DNA from: Asterias rubens
Taxonomy: Eukaryota
Assembly (NCBI RefSeq): GCF_902459465.1
Contig: NW_022985705.1
Location: forward strand, 124,001 to 188,000
Direction of reading: 5' to 3'
Length of the DNA stretch: 64,000 bases
The notes under the pieces are model-generated. The model saw only the letters and a program-made list of their open reading frames with translations. It was not told the origin of the DNA and made no database searches. Shown one piece after another: positions 22,201-34,309 of this stretch; the stretch's first letter is position 1, and the number at the start of each line of letters is the position of its first letter. Position numbers and translations under genes: made by a program.

Positions 22201-22672
22201 ACTATCCCCTGTGGGAGTTTGCCGAGTTCCCTGGAAGGGAAGATACTTTTTCCGTACACCAAAATTGGCAACTGTCGTATTCCTTTTTATTTGGAATTTC
22301 TAAACGATTAAAAAAGGGAACCATTAAACAAAAATCAGGATTTTCTTTTTGCATGATAATTCTCTACAGAAACAAATATTTGACTACGGGAAGATGGGCT
22401 AACAAGTAAACACATACGCCAACAAACAAACGAACGAACAAACGAACGAACGAACAAACACCCCAACAAACAAATAAACCAAATGCATTTTTATTTTTCA
22501 ACTTACTCATAACGTCATCACCCGGAGGTTTCCTACGACAAAGAATACATGGTCTGGTCACTTGAAGTGGCCGGCCTTGAAACACACCGAGTAGGGTCAA
22601 AGTTGCAACCAAAAACTTCGGCCATGGAGGACTTGCTGTACTAGTGTTTGACTTTTTAACCACATCATCCAT
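19245..22672 (-). CDS. Uncharacterised 7-TM protein, paralog 1 (GRL/7TMIC-like, inferred), ~476 aa
   Basis: Exons 22672-22507, 20915-20736, 20329-19245 with two phase-1 GT-AG introns (1431 nt). N-terminus MDDVVKK...PPWPKFLVATLTLLGVFQGRP...CILC...CAVC..LWN, then seven hydrophobic segments. Strongly similar to paralog 2. Gene model is solid; the family call is inference. Confidence 0.85.
21110..21230 (-). repeat. tRNA-derived SINE head fragment
   Basis: Minus strand reads TTGGCATGAGCGTAAAGCG...GCTGGTTCGATACCCGGTC (A-box-like and B-box-like). No full cloverleaf. Confidence 0.45.
21975..22065 (+). repeat. tRNA-derived SINE head fragment
   Basis: GCCACCGTGGTCAAGTG...GGGTTCGAATCCTACC (degenerate A box, B box). 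Confidence 0.45.
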
Positions 22673-23356
22673 GGTTGGAAAGGGAAGTAGAGAGAATTGC
22701 AAAGAATTAAGATCTGAACTACACTTTTACTGAGTAGAGTTTCATAATAAATGTATGACAACAAAGATACATTCCTTCGGCTTTATACCAGTTACTTTAC
22801 CTTGATATCTATGGAACGCCAAAGAGGCATACATTCCGATCAAAATATAATGACTAAGGAACGCCAAAGGGCATACATTTTAATCATCACATCGATCGGT
22901 GTGTTGATCGGATAATTGTATACCTCTTTTGCATTTCATAGATATTGTTACAGATGGGCTTTCTCTCCCCCTTATCCTGTTCCTTTTGTTATGACATATT
23001 TGTTTGTCTTTAAGAACATCTGTGGTATTTGGCAAAACAGGTCAGTCTGTTTCACAATGTGTATTGTTAGATGTTATGCAACGGTCATAATGTAACATTG
23101 TGTCCTTAATGTGTTGACACTCCAAACTTATTATTAAGGTGCAGTGGACACAATGTTTAGTATAATTGCCCACTGCATTGTGTGATGTTTCTAGCCTATA
23201 AAATACTGGGTATGCCTCTTGCTGGGTTACACTCATCACTCCGCCACCACCGAGTCAGCCAGGGGCTCTGCCCAACTCATACATTGATGGGTGTCACCAC
23301 TTCAACCATCGGCCACACCATTGTCCAGTATTGGTGTTTCAGCCATATTCCAGTTA

Positions 23357-23619
23357 CAGAGACAGTCAGTCACAACTGTGCTCTTTCTCCTTCAAGTTGA
23401 TGGCTTGAACCAACCGGTTCTTGCACAGAGACAGTCAGCCAAAACTGTGCTCTTTCTCCTTCAAGTTGATGGCTTGAACCACCCGGTTCTTGCGCTCCGA
23501 TGGCCTAAAACCCACGCCCGGTTTTGAGGCTCTTCCTAGATGGCCTAAAACCCACGCCCGGTTTTGAGGCTCTTCCTAGATGGCCTAAACCCATGCCAGG
23601 TTTGAGGCTCTCCCTAGAT
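23357..23619. repeat. Compound tandem repeat: 2 x 69 bp followed by about 3 x 40 bp
   Basis: 69-bp units start at 23357 and 23426. 40-bp units GATGGCCTAAAACCCACGCCCGGTTTTGAGGCTCTTCCTA start at 23499, 23539 and 23579 (third copy degenerate). Confidence 0.9.
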
Positions 23620-24826
23620 GTACCAATCTAGTGCCAGACGTCAATTTAGAAGAGGCACCGTGTAACCAGCACATCGAACCCAGTCATCAAACTTCCGGTA
23701 GCTATAATCTTAGGGTCTCTCATTTGAATTGTATTAAATCTGCCATGTGCATTATTAATGGTTCTATTGCTTTAAATATTGTTGTTTGAGTAAAATAAAT
23801 TATCATCGTGAATATAATCGCTGGTTTAGGTTTCACTCTTCCTTGTCAAATGTCTCTGTCGTGCCTTAGTTCCTTTTTGACATTGTAATGAATTAGGCGC
23901 ACGTAACAATATCAAGTATTAAAAACAGGAACTATACTGTGTTGATATACATTGCAATATTTGTATTGTAGATTATTTTAAGACAAAAACTGATGAAACC
24001 AAAACCTGCAAGGAAGTAAATAACCTCGATTCTTCCGGATCTTGTATAAACACATCGAGAGAAAACCACTGAAAAATATAGAGGATAGAAGGATTCGGTT
24101 TCAAGAAAATACATACACTTTTAGTTTCTTTTGATGAGGAAGTTTGTTGAGAAAACCCCAGAAAAATGTTTCGGTATTTGTTAGCATAATATGTTTCGTA
24201 TAAAGATTGTCAAAGACCATGTATACCATACCATACCAGCACTTGATTAAAACCAACATATAACTTGGTTTTATAGCAAACCCATGAAAGTTTAAGCTCA
24301 AAAGGCCCTCTTAGTTTTCAACGTTCTAAGAAATCGTGTTTTTGGAACTGCCAGTTCAATTTTGTTTAACCCATTTCTCGACACATCATAAGTGAAAAAG
24401 GATATTTGTACTTGTGGCCATTATATTTTCCACGTCACCACCAAGGGAGTGCTCATCTTTATCGTTGTTGTTTTCCCAAAGGCACACAAAATCCGTCAAT
24501 AAATTAATGAAAATTTAAATTGCAACTCTGTGTTTTATAAAATACAAAACCAATGTATTGTGTATGTACCGGTAAGTTACATGAACAGTTCTAATGCGCA
24601 CTGGTAAAATTCAAGGTTATTGAAGCAAGCAATGTGTTTGTTTTACAGTGTTGATTTTGAGTCAAGTATTTTGATCCGGTGAACGTATTTCTCGTTCAAG
24701 TCGGTTTTCTTATTTGAATCTGCAAATGTTATAAAGATAATACCTGGGAACTGTCGTCTTCATCAAAGCGAGTCTGTAGCCATACGTTAAATGCTGAACT
24801 CTTACACAGTTGCGCGTCATTGACGG

Positions 24827-25210
24827 TGTCGCATGCAGTTATGTCATCTATGCAATATTATGCGGAGGACATTATTGCATATGCAATAATGTCCGTTGGA
24901 CGGTTTTGCATATGCAATCGTGTCCGCCCGGGCGCAGCTGCATATTGTGTCAAAACCGTCCTTGCTGTAAACTAAACGCCCTTGGTCGACGGAACACGTT
25001 CGCAATTTTTTTACAAGCTAAGTGCATGTTCGGCCGTTGGGTAGTCGCTGCAATCATAAATACGTGAATAATCATGCTGCATATACGTAGGTTCCGTGCA
25101 TGCACGCTCGCACATACATGTACAGTCGTGTACATGTCCCGGACACGATTGCATATGCAAAAGTGTCCGGAGCGGACAGTATTGCATGGTGGACACAATT
25201 GCATCTGACA
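24827..25210. mobile_element. Non-autonomous element with TGT...ACA ends and 4-bp TSD (Ginger-like)
   Basis: TIRs TGTCGCATGCAGTTATGTC and GACACAATTGCATCTGACA; direct ACGG on both sides (24823-24826, 25211-25214); internal GGACACGATTGCATATGCAA sub-repeats. Confidence 0.7.
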
Positions 25211-25311
25211 ACGGCTCTTGGCCGTAACCGAATTGGCGTCTTCAGCTACGGCTATAGGGTGGTTGGGTGTTGCTAAGGATTTCACGATGACGCGGAAATA
25301 AACCTGTCGCC

Positions 25312-25700
25312 TTAAAGAAACACGTTGCCTTGGATCGGATGAGTTGATCTTTGAAAAGCGTTTGTAACCGTTTGTTATAAAATGCATATGGTTGGAAAGA
25401 TTTTGTAAAAGTAAAATACAATGATCTACACAAGTTTGCCTCGAAATTTTGTGGTTTTCCTTTTACTGTGCGAACTAACACGGTCGGCCATTTATGAGAG
25501 TCAAAAAATTGACTCCCATAAAGGCCGACCGTGTTAGTCGACGAGGTAAAAGGAAAACCGTGCAATTTCGAGGCATATTTGTGTGGATCATTGTATTCAA
25601 CTTTTACAAAATCTTTCTACCCGTATGCATTTGATAAAAAACGGTTACAAACGCTTTTCAATGACCAACTCGACCGATCCAAGGCAACGTGTTCCTTTAA
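25312..25700. mobile_element. Kolobok/T2-type foldback MITE family A
   Basis: TTAA|AGAAACACGTTGCC ... GGCAACGTGTTCCT|TTAA. Confidence 0.88.
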
Positions 25701-25834
25701 CTGTAGCTGCCAATTTTGACACAGCTTAACCTTGATCTGTGGTCATAGCGCGCCGGGTGTGTAGTAACTGGGTGAGAGTTCATGTTTCCATGTTACATCC
25801 TCAAGCAGACTATGATCATGACGACAGTGCCCCT

Positions 25835-26217
25835 TTAAAGGCAGTGGACACTATTGGTAATTGCTCAAAATAATTATTAGCATAACACCTTACTTGGTAA
25901 CGAGTTATGAGGAGAGGTTTGTAGTATAAAACATTGTGAGAAACGGCTCCCACTGAAGTGACGTAGTTTTCGAGAAAGAAGTAATGTTCCACGAATTTGA
26001 TTTAGAATTTTAGGTCGAAATCAACCATCTGAAAGCACACAACTTCGTGTTAGCATGGTTCCGACAAGGGTGTCTTTTCTTTCATTAATATCTGGCAACT
26101 TCGGCAACCAATTGAGTTCAAATTTTCACAGGTTTGTTTTTTATGCATATGTCGAGACACACCAACTGTGAAGACTAGTCTTTGACAATTACCGATAAAA
26201 GTGTCCAGTGTCTTTAA
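25835..26217. mobile_element. Kolobok/T2-type MITE family B
   Basis: TTAA|AGGCAGTGGACACTATTGGTAA ... GTGTCCAGTGTCT|TTAA. Confidence 0.88.
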
Positions 26218-26727
26218 AGGTTTAGGACAGCTGAAATAGTCGCAAAAATACGTTATGTCTTTGTAATTTTATTTTATTGATTCATTTTAATTTCACACTT
26301 CAAACATTACAATTAAAACAATCACAGACAATCCAGAGAAGGGCAAACGTATTGTTAAATGGTTTTGCCCATCTCTTAAAAAAAACTGTCATAAAAAATA
26401 TGTGCCCCCCGACCTAGCTCATTAAAAGGTAAAAATAATGTATATATTATAATTATACTATACATTACACACTCTAAAATTGTGGTGAAAAATTAAAACA
26501 AAAGATGGCAAGCAAAAGCAATACACACACGATAATATAAAAGAACCACCGTATAAAAACTACCAAATTAAAACTACGGCCGAGAGTTATTGTTATCAAT
26601 CATAAGCAATACATGACCTTTATGTGGGAAATAGGGACAACCCCATTGTGACTACACTATTCTGCATGTACGCGCATTATCCTTTATTTTGGTTGTAGTA
26701 ACAACCGAAATCAGCTTTTGCGCGTTT

Positions 26728-27155
26728 GTAAAGGATTTAGGTACTTTTTCAAAATGTCCACAGATTTACATTAATTTTACAGGGTTTGAAGATAATGATA
26801 GTGGAAAGCTTACCTTCAAATATTACTTGCTAAGGTTGTTTAGTTTTTGAGAAATGAGTAAAACAAGTCACAAAATAATTTTGGTCTCACGAGACCAAAA
26901 TTATTTTAGCATGTAAAATCACCTTAACCAGTTATGATATTATACCAAAACCATAGCATAACTGGTTAATACGTTTTTACATGCTAAAACTGAGATGAAA
27001 ATTATTACTTTTACTCATTTCTCAAAAACTTCAGCACCTTAGTAAGTAAAATTTCAAGGGAAGCTTTCTACTATCATAATCTTCAAACTGTGTAAGTTTA
27101 ATGTAAATCTGTGGACATTTTGTTTTTTGTTAGGACAAAGTACATACCCCTTTAA
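26728..27155. mobile_element. Kolobok/T2-type foldback MITE family D
   Basis: GTAA|AGGATTTAGGTACTTT ... AAAGTACATACCCCT|TTAA; long inverted arms (CCACAGATTTACATTAA / TTTAATGTAAATCTGTGG, TTTTGAGAAATGAGTAAAA / TTTTACTCATTTCTCAAAA). Confidence 0.75.
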
Positions 27156-27944
27156 AGGTTTTCATTCACAGTTTTCTCGAATTATTAGGCCCCCCCTATG
27201 ACTTTTTTCCACATAAAACTAATAATAGATCACAGAAAAAAAATATATACTATAGTACGAACTTCCTCACGAGGTGGCTTTCAGACTTTAGCTAAATTAA
27301 ACATTAATGTTTTGTATATTAATAGTTACTCCTGTATTTTAAAACTTTAACTGCATCTTTTTTCCTAAGTTTAAAATTTTAAGCTTAAAATTACTATTAT
27401 CATAGTCCAAAACTTGCTATAAAAACAGGATTTTAGAGGTAAACACATTTTTGGGGGGTATAATCTAGTTTCTCCAAATAACAAAAACATGCTTTTTGTG
27501 AGCAATATAATGCACACCAATTATTGAGTGGTTATGAAACACTTTAAAAGAATCATAATTTTTTTTTTGAGGAACAATAATGTTAAAAATATATCCTCAT
27601 CTATTTTTAGCTTGTTTAAGGAACTAGGGAACTTAACAAAAAATCCCGTCTTTTCTTTCAGTTTTGATGAACAAGGGCAGTGACCTACCTAGGGGGGGGG
27701 GGGATACGAGCGCCCCGTTGATAATTTTTAAGATTGGAAGTATCCAGAGTTATGGTATGTTTCGATGAAAGGTAGTCTTATCTCAATTTGGGATGAGTTA
27801 CTCGTCCTTAAGACTTGTCTTAAGTTTTCCCATGACGAGATCTAGGACTAGTGCTAAGTTTGAACTTGTAAAATAACGACCCATTGCCTTTAAGACGAAT
27901 CGTAGCTCTTTGTGAACAAGTGATCTTACTCTGCTCTTTACACA

Positions 27945-30683
27945 CTACAAGAGCCCATGGTTAGTCGTGTAATCAAGTCGCTGATCTGCCAAATTGTGAC
28001 CAAGATATAAACTGATCAGTGAGAGAAACAACATCAAGTTATGGCCGGCTTTACGTTCATCTTGTAGCTCGGCAGTAAACCCCAAAAGCCGCTCCCAAAA
28101 CTCCTCATGAAGACTGTTTCTCTGCCGCATGAGGGCGTAATTAAACTGCTGCCAGATGAAATCAATGTTGATCCCACCCACTGCTAGTAAAGGTAAGATG
28201 AGAATAAAACATTTCGAAGTGAAGATGAAGATGTTGATTAGAAGGTTTCGCATCGCGATGCCTTTGTCTTTCTCGCTGTAGATTTGGTAGTTCCACGTGA
28301 TGTGGACTGTGAGACCCAGAACGGAAGAAGCGACAATGAACGGCATCAGAGTCGCCAACAACACGTGCAGAATACGGAAATCATGATTGACCTCAAATAC
28401 ACGGCGACGACACAAGTCTAAGTTCCCCGTATTGCGCTTGATGAAAACTATCACCAGATTTAACTCGGTTGCCAAAGCTGTGCGCATGACAAGTATGTTA
28501 TACCAGAAAAGTGTGTAGATGGCGAGACCGATGATTGACACGAATATCACCATGGTCGTGTTCAAAATCGTAAACGCCTTAGTGGGTGGAGACTTCTCAA
28601 TTAATGAAATACCCATGGGCATGCAGGAGTCGTTGGTTAATAACGTCGCATTGACTCGACTTAGAGAGTTAACCAAAAGTACAACCTGCATGGTATTCAC
28701 TACAAGTAGCCAGACTAAACTGAAGATCAAAAACACCTTCTTGGGTAAGAGGAACCTGCGACCGGCCAGGCATCTCAAACGCCTCAGTATGTAGTCCTGA
28801 TGAAGCACATCGTACCACGACCAATCACGCACTGGTTCCCGACGACGGTACTGGACCGCGTTGGACAATGTACAAACTAAAGCCACCCCGACTATGATGT
28901 CACCAAATGCAAAGAAAGACACTAAATGGTTGATATTGCTGATTTGACCCCAATACGTAACTACATACCAACCTAGTGTGAATGTGGAGCAACCGAGGAA
29001 TGTTAAAATTAGTAGATTAGAAAGGACACCACACACTCTGCTGTTAAGCCAACCTGGAACTGAACAGATACAAAGGAAACCATTGTTTAAACAAACATGT
29101 GGCACAAACAATAAAGATGGAGGCAATCCCACTGCTGCCACTGTCAATAGTGATGTAATATGTTATTATAGTAAAGTTATTATTTTGTAAATAACCTACA
29201 CCGTTTTGTATATATTTTAATGTGGCCCAAATAAACAACCATATAATTATGAGTACTGATCCCTCTTCTGCCACTACACAGGTTGTATAGTAAACTTGAG
29301 TGAGATCCCTGCTTATACGGCAAGTGCGTATTGAATGGCTTCTTATTGGCACACTGTAACAAATATAATAAAAATTAGAGGTAGCTAGGGCTCCGGCACA
29401 TTAATCCGAAGGGTCGCATGTGCAAGTATCGTTTATGTATGCCTAATTGTGTTCACTGCGCAACCCTAAATTTACCCACGGTCAGTTTGTCTTATACAAA
29501 AAGTAGTACAGAAAAAAAACGAGAAAAAAAACATATCGTGCAGATTTATGGTTTTGTTTCTTTAGCACTATACAGTTCTGCAAATACGAACCTGCTTTTG
29601 AGCAATCCCTGACTATTTCCCCATCGGCGTTCCATAGGAGACTGGAGCATACAGTACAGCCTGGTCGACTACTACCATCAGCCTCATGATTATTCTCAAC
29701 GTTGCGATTTTCACCACTGCTGGATTCTGCATCGCAGTCTGTATCAACTTTTGTAAAGGGGAACAAAACAAGTTTGTCAAAATCTTTTAATAAAATACAT
29801 AGAACTGTACATGTGATGGTTGGCGTTTTCTTACAAGTCTTTGATCAAGACGCTGCTTTTGTTTATTATCTAGAAAGCTGTACTCATCCTGGAATTTCGA
29901 AACAGAAGGGTCTTCAACCAAAACTACTTTCATATACCATGCAGGAAGCAATATTGATGCCAACCTTGATATACATGTAAATGAAGCAATTTTCTCAAAA
30001 CAAACTGCAACTTTGATCACAGGTTTCTCGGTCAATTGCTACACCCGGATCATTTGATTTCGTTTGAAAATGAATGTTTCGTTGAACCAGCATTCAATAG
30101 TCAAAAGGAGTGAATCAATTTCACTAAGTCAGCATTCAGTGGTAAAGATCACTTCAATTATTCTAGAGGTCGCAAAGACCATTCGATTTTTTGCAAAAGC
30201 CAATTGCGAGAGGATGGTCAATATCTTTGCAGTATTTGCGATAAATTTGCAGCTTAAGTGCAAATGCAAAGACATCACAAATAATAAGTCGCAATCGATT
30301 TGTAAAGATATTTGCAAAACTCCAAATATTTTTCGCAAACTGTTTGCAAAGATAGTGTTTGCGATGCATGGTATCTGTTCGGTGACACTATATCGCTGTG
30401 AAATACCAACTATAATGGGAGTCGACATATTTCGGTGGAGGGGAAATATCTAAACAACAGGTAACTTTGAAATGGCATTCACGAGTGAGTTAGTGGGCCT
30501 ACCCTTACTTGATTTACCACCATCTCCTCGTTTGTGGCGGCAATCATAACACGGTCTGCAAGCGTCTAATGGACGACCCTTAAAGACTCCCAACAATGTC
30601 AAAACAGCCAAGAGAAACTTGGGCCACGTTGGGATGACAGCATTATGTTCGGCTGGCTCTTGGTCCATGTTAGTGTTGCTCAT
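27945..30683 (-). CDS. Uncharacterised 7-TM protein, paralog 2 (GRL/7TMIC-like, inferred), ~481 aa
   Basis: Exons 30683-30509 (phase-1 donors at 30503 or 30518 are also possible), 29747-29592, 29059-27945. Intron positions and phases match paralog 1. Shared motifs WPKFL..LTLLGVF.GRP, C..C, C..C..LLWN, VLHQDYI.RRL, TVHITWNY and LILPLLAVGGINID. Confidence 0.85.
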
Positions 30684-30890
30684 CCTGTATTTTTATTGAC
30701 ATGATAAAAACTGTATTACACACTAAAATCGACGAAATAACAAAATTACTTTATGAAAATATTATTTCAAATCACATAGTGCTTCCGGTTTACGGGGCAC
30801 CACCATTTTCTTTTTTTTTTTCCTTTGAAAGGGACGTAAAGCCGTAGGTCTTGTGTGTTGCGTATGAACGAACGTAAGAGTACACTTATT

Positions 30891-31766
30891 TTAAGACAAT
30901 GGACACTTTTGTTAATTACTAAAATAATTATTAGCATAAAACCTTACTTGATAACGATGGGGAGAGGTTGATGGTATAAAACATTGTGAGAAACGGCTCC
31001 CTCTGAATTAATTTAGTTTTCGAGAAAGAAGTAAATTTGATATTGAGACCTCAGATTTAGAACTTGAGGTCTCGAAATCAAACATCTGAAACCACACATT
31101 CCAACCTCGTGCGACAGATGTTTTTTATTTCATTACTATCTCGCAACTTAGACGATCAATATTGAGCTCAAATTTTCACAGGTGTGTTATTTTATGCTGA
31201 TGTGATACACCAAGTGAGAAAACTGGTCTTTGACAATTACCAAACGCGTACAGTGCCTTTAAGGCAGTGAACACCATTGGTAATAAATTACCAAAAATAT
31301 ATTTTATCATAAAACCTTTCTTGATTACCAGTAATTGGGATGGGAGAGGTTGATGAGGTTGTGAGAAGAATGGCTCCCTCTGAAGTAACGTAGTTTTTAA
31401 GAAAGCAAGTAAGTTTCCACGTAAGGTAACCCCAACATAATTATGCATAAAATAACAAACTTGTGAACATTTGAGCTCAATCGGTTATCGAAGTTGCGAG
31501 ATAATAATGAAAGAAAAAACACCCTTGTCAGACGAAGTTGTGTGCTTTCAGATGCTTGATTTCGAGACCTCAAGTTCTAAATCTGAGGTCTCGAAATCAA
31601 ATTCGTGGAAAATTACTTCTTTTTCGAAAACTACTCCACTTCATGGGGGGGGGGGCGTTTCTCACAATGTTTTATACTACCAACCTCTCCCCATTACTCA
31701 TTACCAAGTCAGGTTTTATGCTAATAATTATTTTGAGTAATTACCAATAGTGTCCACTGCCTTTAA
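30891..31766. mobile_element. Cluster of three family-B MITE pieces (full +, truncated +, partial -)
   Basis: Copy 30891-31262 shares its right TTAA (31259-31262) with a second left end (GGCAGTGAACACCATTGG) that is truncated near 31410. An inverted copy follows and ends CAATAGTGTCCACTGCCT|TTAA at 31766. Confidence 0.85.
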
Positions 31767-34309
31767 AAAATGGAAACATGATATCATACTTGCCTTTGTT
31801 GGTAGTCCGTTGCTTTGTAAGGTGCTGCACACATATTCATTAATAAGTTATGTTTAGTGTGGCTCATAACCTTTAATGTATGAACTTGCGTAGGCCTATC
31901 AGTTACACAATCTTACCTCTGCATTGTCGATAAGATAAACTGCGTCTAAATGCTCCGTTGGCTTTATTCTCTTTCCTGACTTCCTGCTTGTATTGTGTTA
32001 CGATCCAGCAAAAAAGTACAACAAATTTCCAGCACATGATCGCAATTTAATTCTGGTTGCATTTCACATATTCGTGCCAAGTTTCTATTTCGGTAAACGG
32101 TGTTTAGACAGCACGTGCTTATGTAGGATTTTCTTTTTTTACTTCCTCTTTTGTAAAAAAATATATACATGTATATATACATATGTTAATTTAACATTTT
32201 TTTATCTTAAAGTGAAGATAAACGTTGAATCCATCCACGTTTCGCGAAGTGACAGCGGGTACCAGCCGCATCTCTGGCCGCAGCATTCTTAAACGGACAC
32301 CACGCAAATTCTTGATGTCCAGCCATTCCTCAGAAATAATAGAAACGATTCATGAATCAATCGTGTATCAATTCCAAATGTTTTTGGGGGTGAAGAAACA
32401 TCCGAATTATTCTACTTTGAATGGAATCCCTTCTCAAAATATTGTTTATGCCTGTATCACCAGTTACAGTGCTTCATTAATTCGTTAGTTTTGGAGTAAA
32501 TTACCAATCTGTGACACTTCCTTTAACGGTACGGAAAAGATTCCCAAGGGAGCCACAGGGTTGAAACTGAGATGTTATAACTAAAGGTCATAATAATAGC
32601 AATGGTTGTGGAACTGGCTTAGACTCCAATACCTCTGACGCACACGTAAATTCAAGAACTTTGCCTGTGGAATCGGGTAAAAAAGATCAACATAAACAAA
32701 GTTAAATATCAACACTGAAGCGGTTCCCGCCTTTTAATAACTATACATTCAATATATTTTGCTTCAAGTTGTTCACTCGGACCTCGGTGCTTGTCGAAAC
32801 TACAGATCCTACAAGTTTATAAAACTGATTGTGGATCTAGCCTTCATCATGGGAGAGGGCATCATAACTGAATGTGAAAGTCCACCATGGCCAAGATGGG
32901 TTCTCGTTGCACTGACTCTATTGGGAGTGTTTAAGGGTACACTGTAAAAAATAGTTAGTCAATCTTGCTTATAAATTGGTCAAAATGACTAAGTTTGCCT
33001 AGTCCTGTGTCTCTGACTAATGTAATGTTAGCCTGACTAATCTTATATTTGCTGTGACTAATCACTATAAGTCAGAACTTTAACCCGTGACTAGAATTTT
33101 GTTTGGACTAAAACGATTTAGTCAAAATGTCGGGTTTTGACTAATTTTGACTGGTATGAAGCTACGGTGCTTTGACTAAGTAAGATTGGTCATGTTCCCG
33201 CCTTCCCAACATTTTAGATGTGGGAAAAATATAAATTGCCCGCGAATTAGCAGGATGCTGGTACCCGGCGGCAACGTCAATGTATAGTTAGTGTGTAACT
33301 TGGGTTTTTAGCTTGTACCCGTTAACTTGCAAACTGCAGCTAGCATGCAGGGCGTACATGATACTCTCCCGTTCGGCGTGTGTGATACATACACTTCACA
33401 GGGCAAGGAGGCTCAATCCAGGCTCCGACCAGTTTCAGAAATAAGGTGAGAATATTGGTTTTCCCGTTACATTTTTAAAACCGTAACATACTTAGCCAGA
33501 GGGAGACCGTTACATTGACGTTAGTCTACAATCATATTGTGGAAAAGCTTTTAGTGTTTTTGGCCACAGAACTCTAGGTGCATAGGCCAGCACTTAACGG
33601 CGGCTAGGCCTTGCATTACGTGTCAAAATGGAGCATGCAGGCGAAGTTTATCAGGTAGATTCAAGTTTAAAATCTCTGATTTTCACCCTATAATTAATAT
33701 TGCCAGACTGAGAATTTAATGTAGAACACTTTATTGTAAAGTTTGTATATTTTCAAGATATAGCGACTGTAAAAGGACGAAACAAAAAAGCTTGTTTAGC
33801 ATGTTGTTGTTTTTCCAGTGGGGCTACGGGCGTGTGTATAGTGTACGTGTGTGTACACAAACGATGGGCCTAATCATTGTAGTTTGTATGCAATGCATGC
33901 CCTTGCTTTAGGCTTTACTGCACGACACATGATGTGCAAGGCCTAGTCGGTTAATGTTTAAATCAACCCATGCTATATTATAATATTATGGGGATGGTCA
34001 AAGCTTATTATTTATTGGCCATCATAAAGTGCGGTCCTAAATGTCTTCCAATCAGCAAGGACTTTACATTTAAAAATAAGTTCATATTCATAACTAACTT
34101 GAATTTGAAAACATGGGCATTAAAGTTTCCATGTAACAAACGTAGGCCTAACGACAAGTAACAAGTAATAACGGTAGCATGTTCGGAAAATCAAGTGTAC
34201 CAAGCGATGGAATGTAGTTATCGCAACTCTATAGTCCATCAGCCCCAAATTTTGGACTATCAAGTTAAGACTTATAATGTAGCAACTAACGAGGACAAGG
34301 TATAATTCT

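Noticed and set aside
23357-23619. CRISPR-like array (also 39339-39715)
   Set aside because: Eukaryotic context, head-to-tail units with no unique spacers, and no cas genes.
19245-29147. Calling the 7-TM proteins GPCRs
   Set aside because: No DRY, CWxP or NPxxY motifs, and the charge distribution and sequons favour N-in topology.
30180-30370. TTTGCAAA-rich stretch and its ORFs (30064-30453 and overlapping), with a similar stretch at 1650-1760
   Set aside because: Low-complexity motif repetition in an intron, with no TIR, TSD or coding signal.
31471-31740. Recurrent MSSIG(Y/R)RS/R...ORFs (also 47745-47996, 49677-49913) that look like a gene family
   Set aside because: All lie inside family B MITE copies and have no transposase or other motifs.
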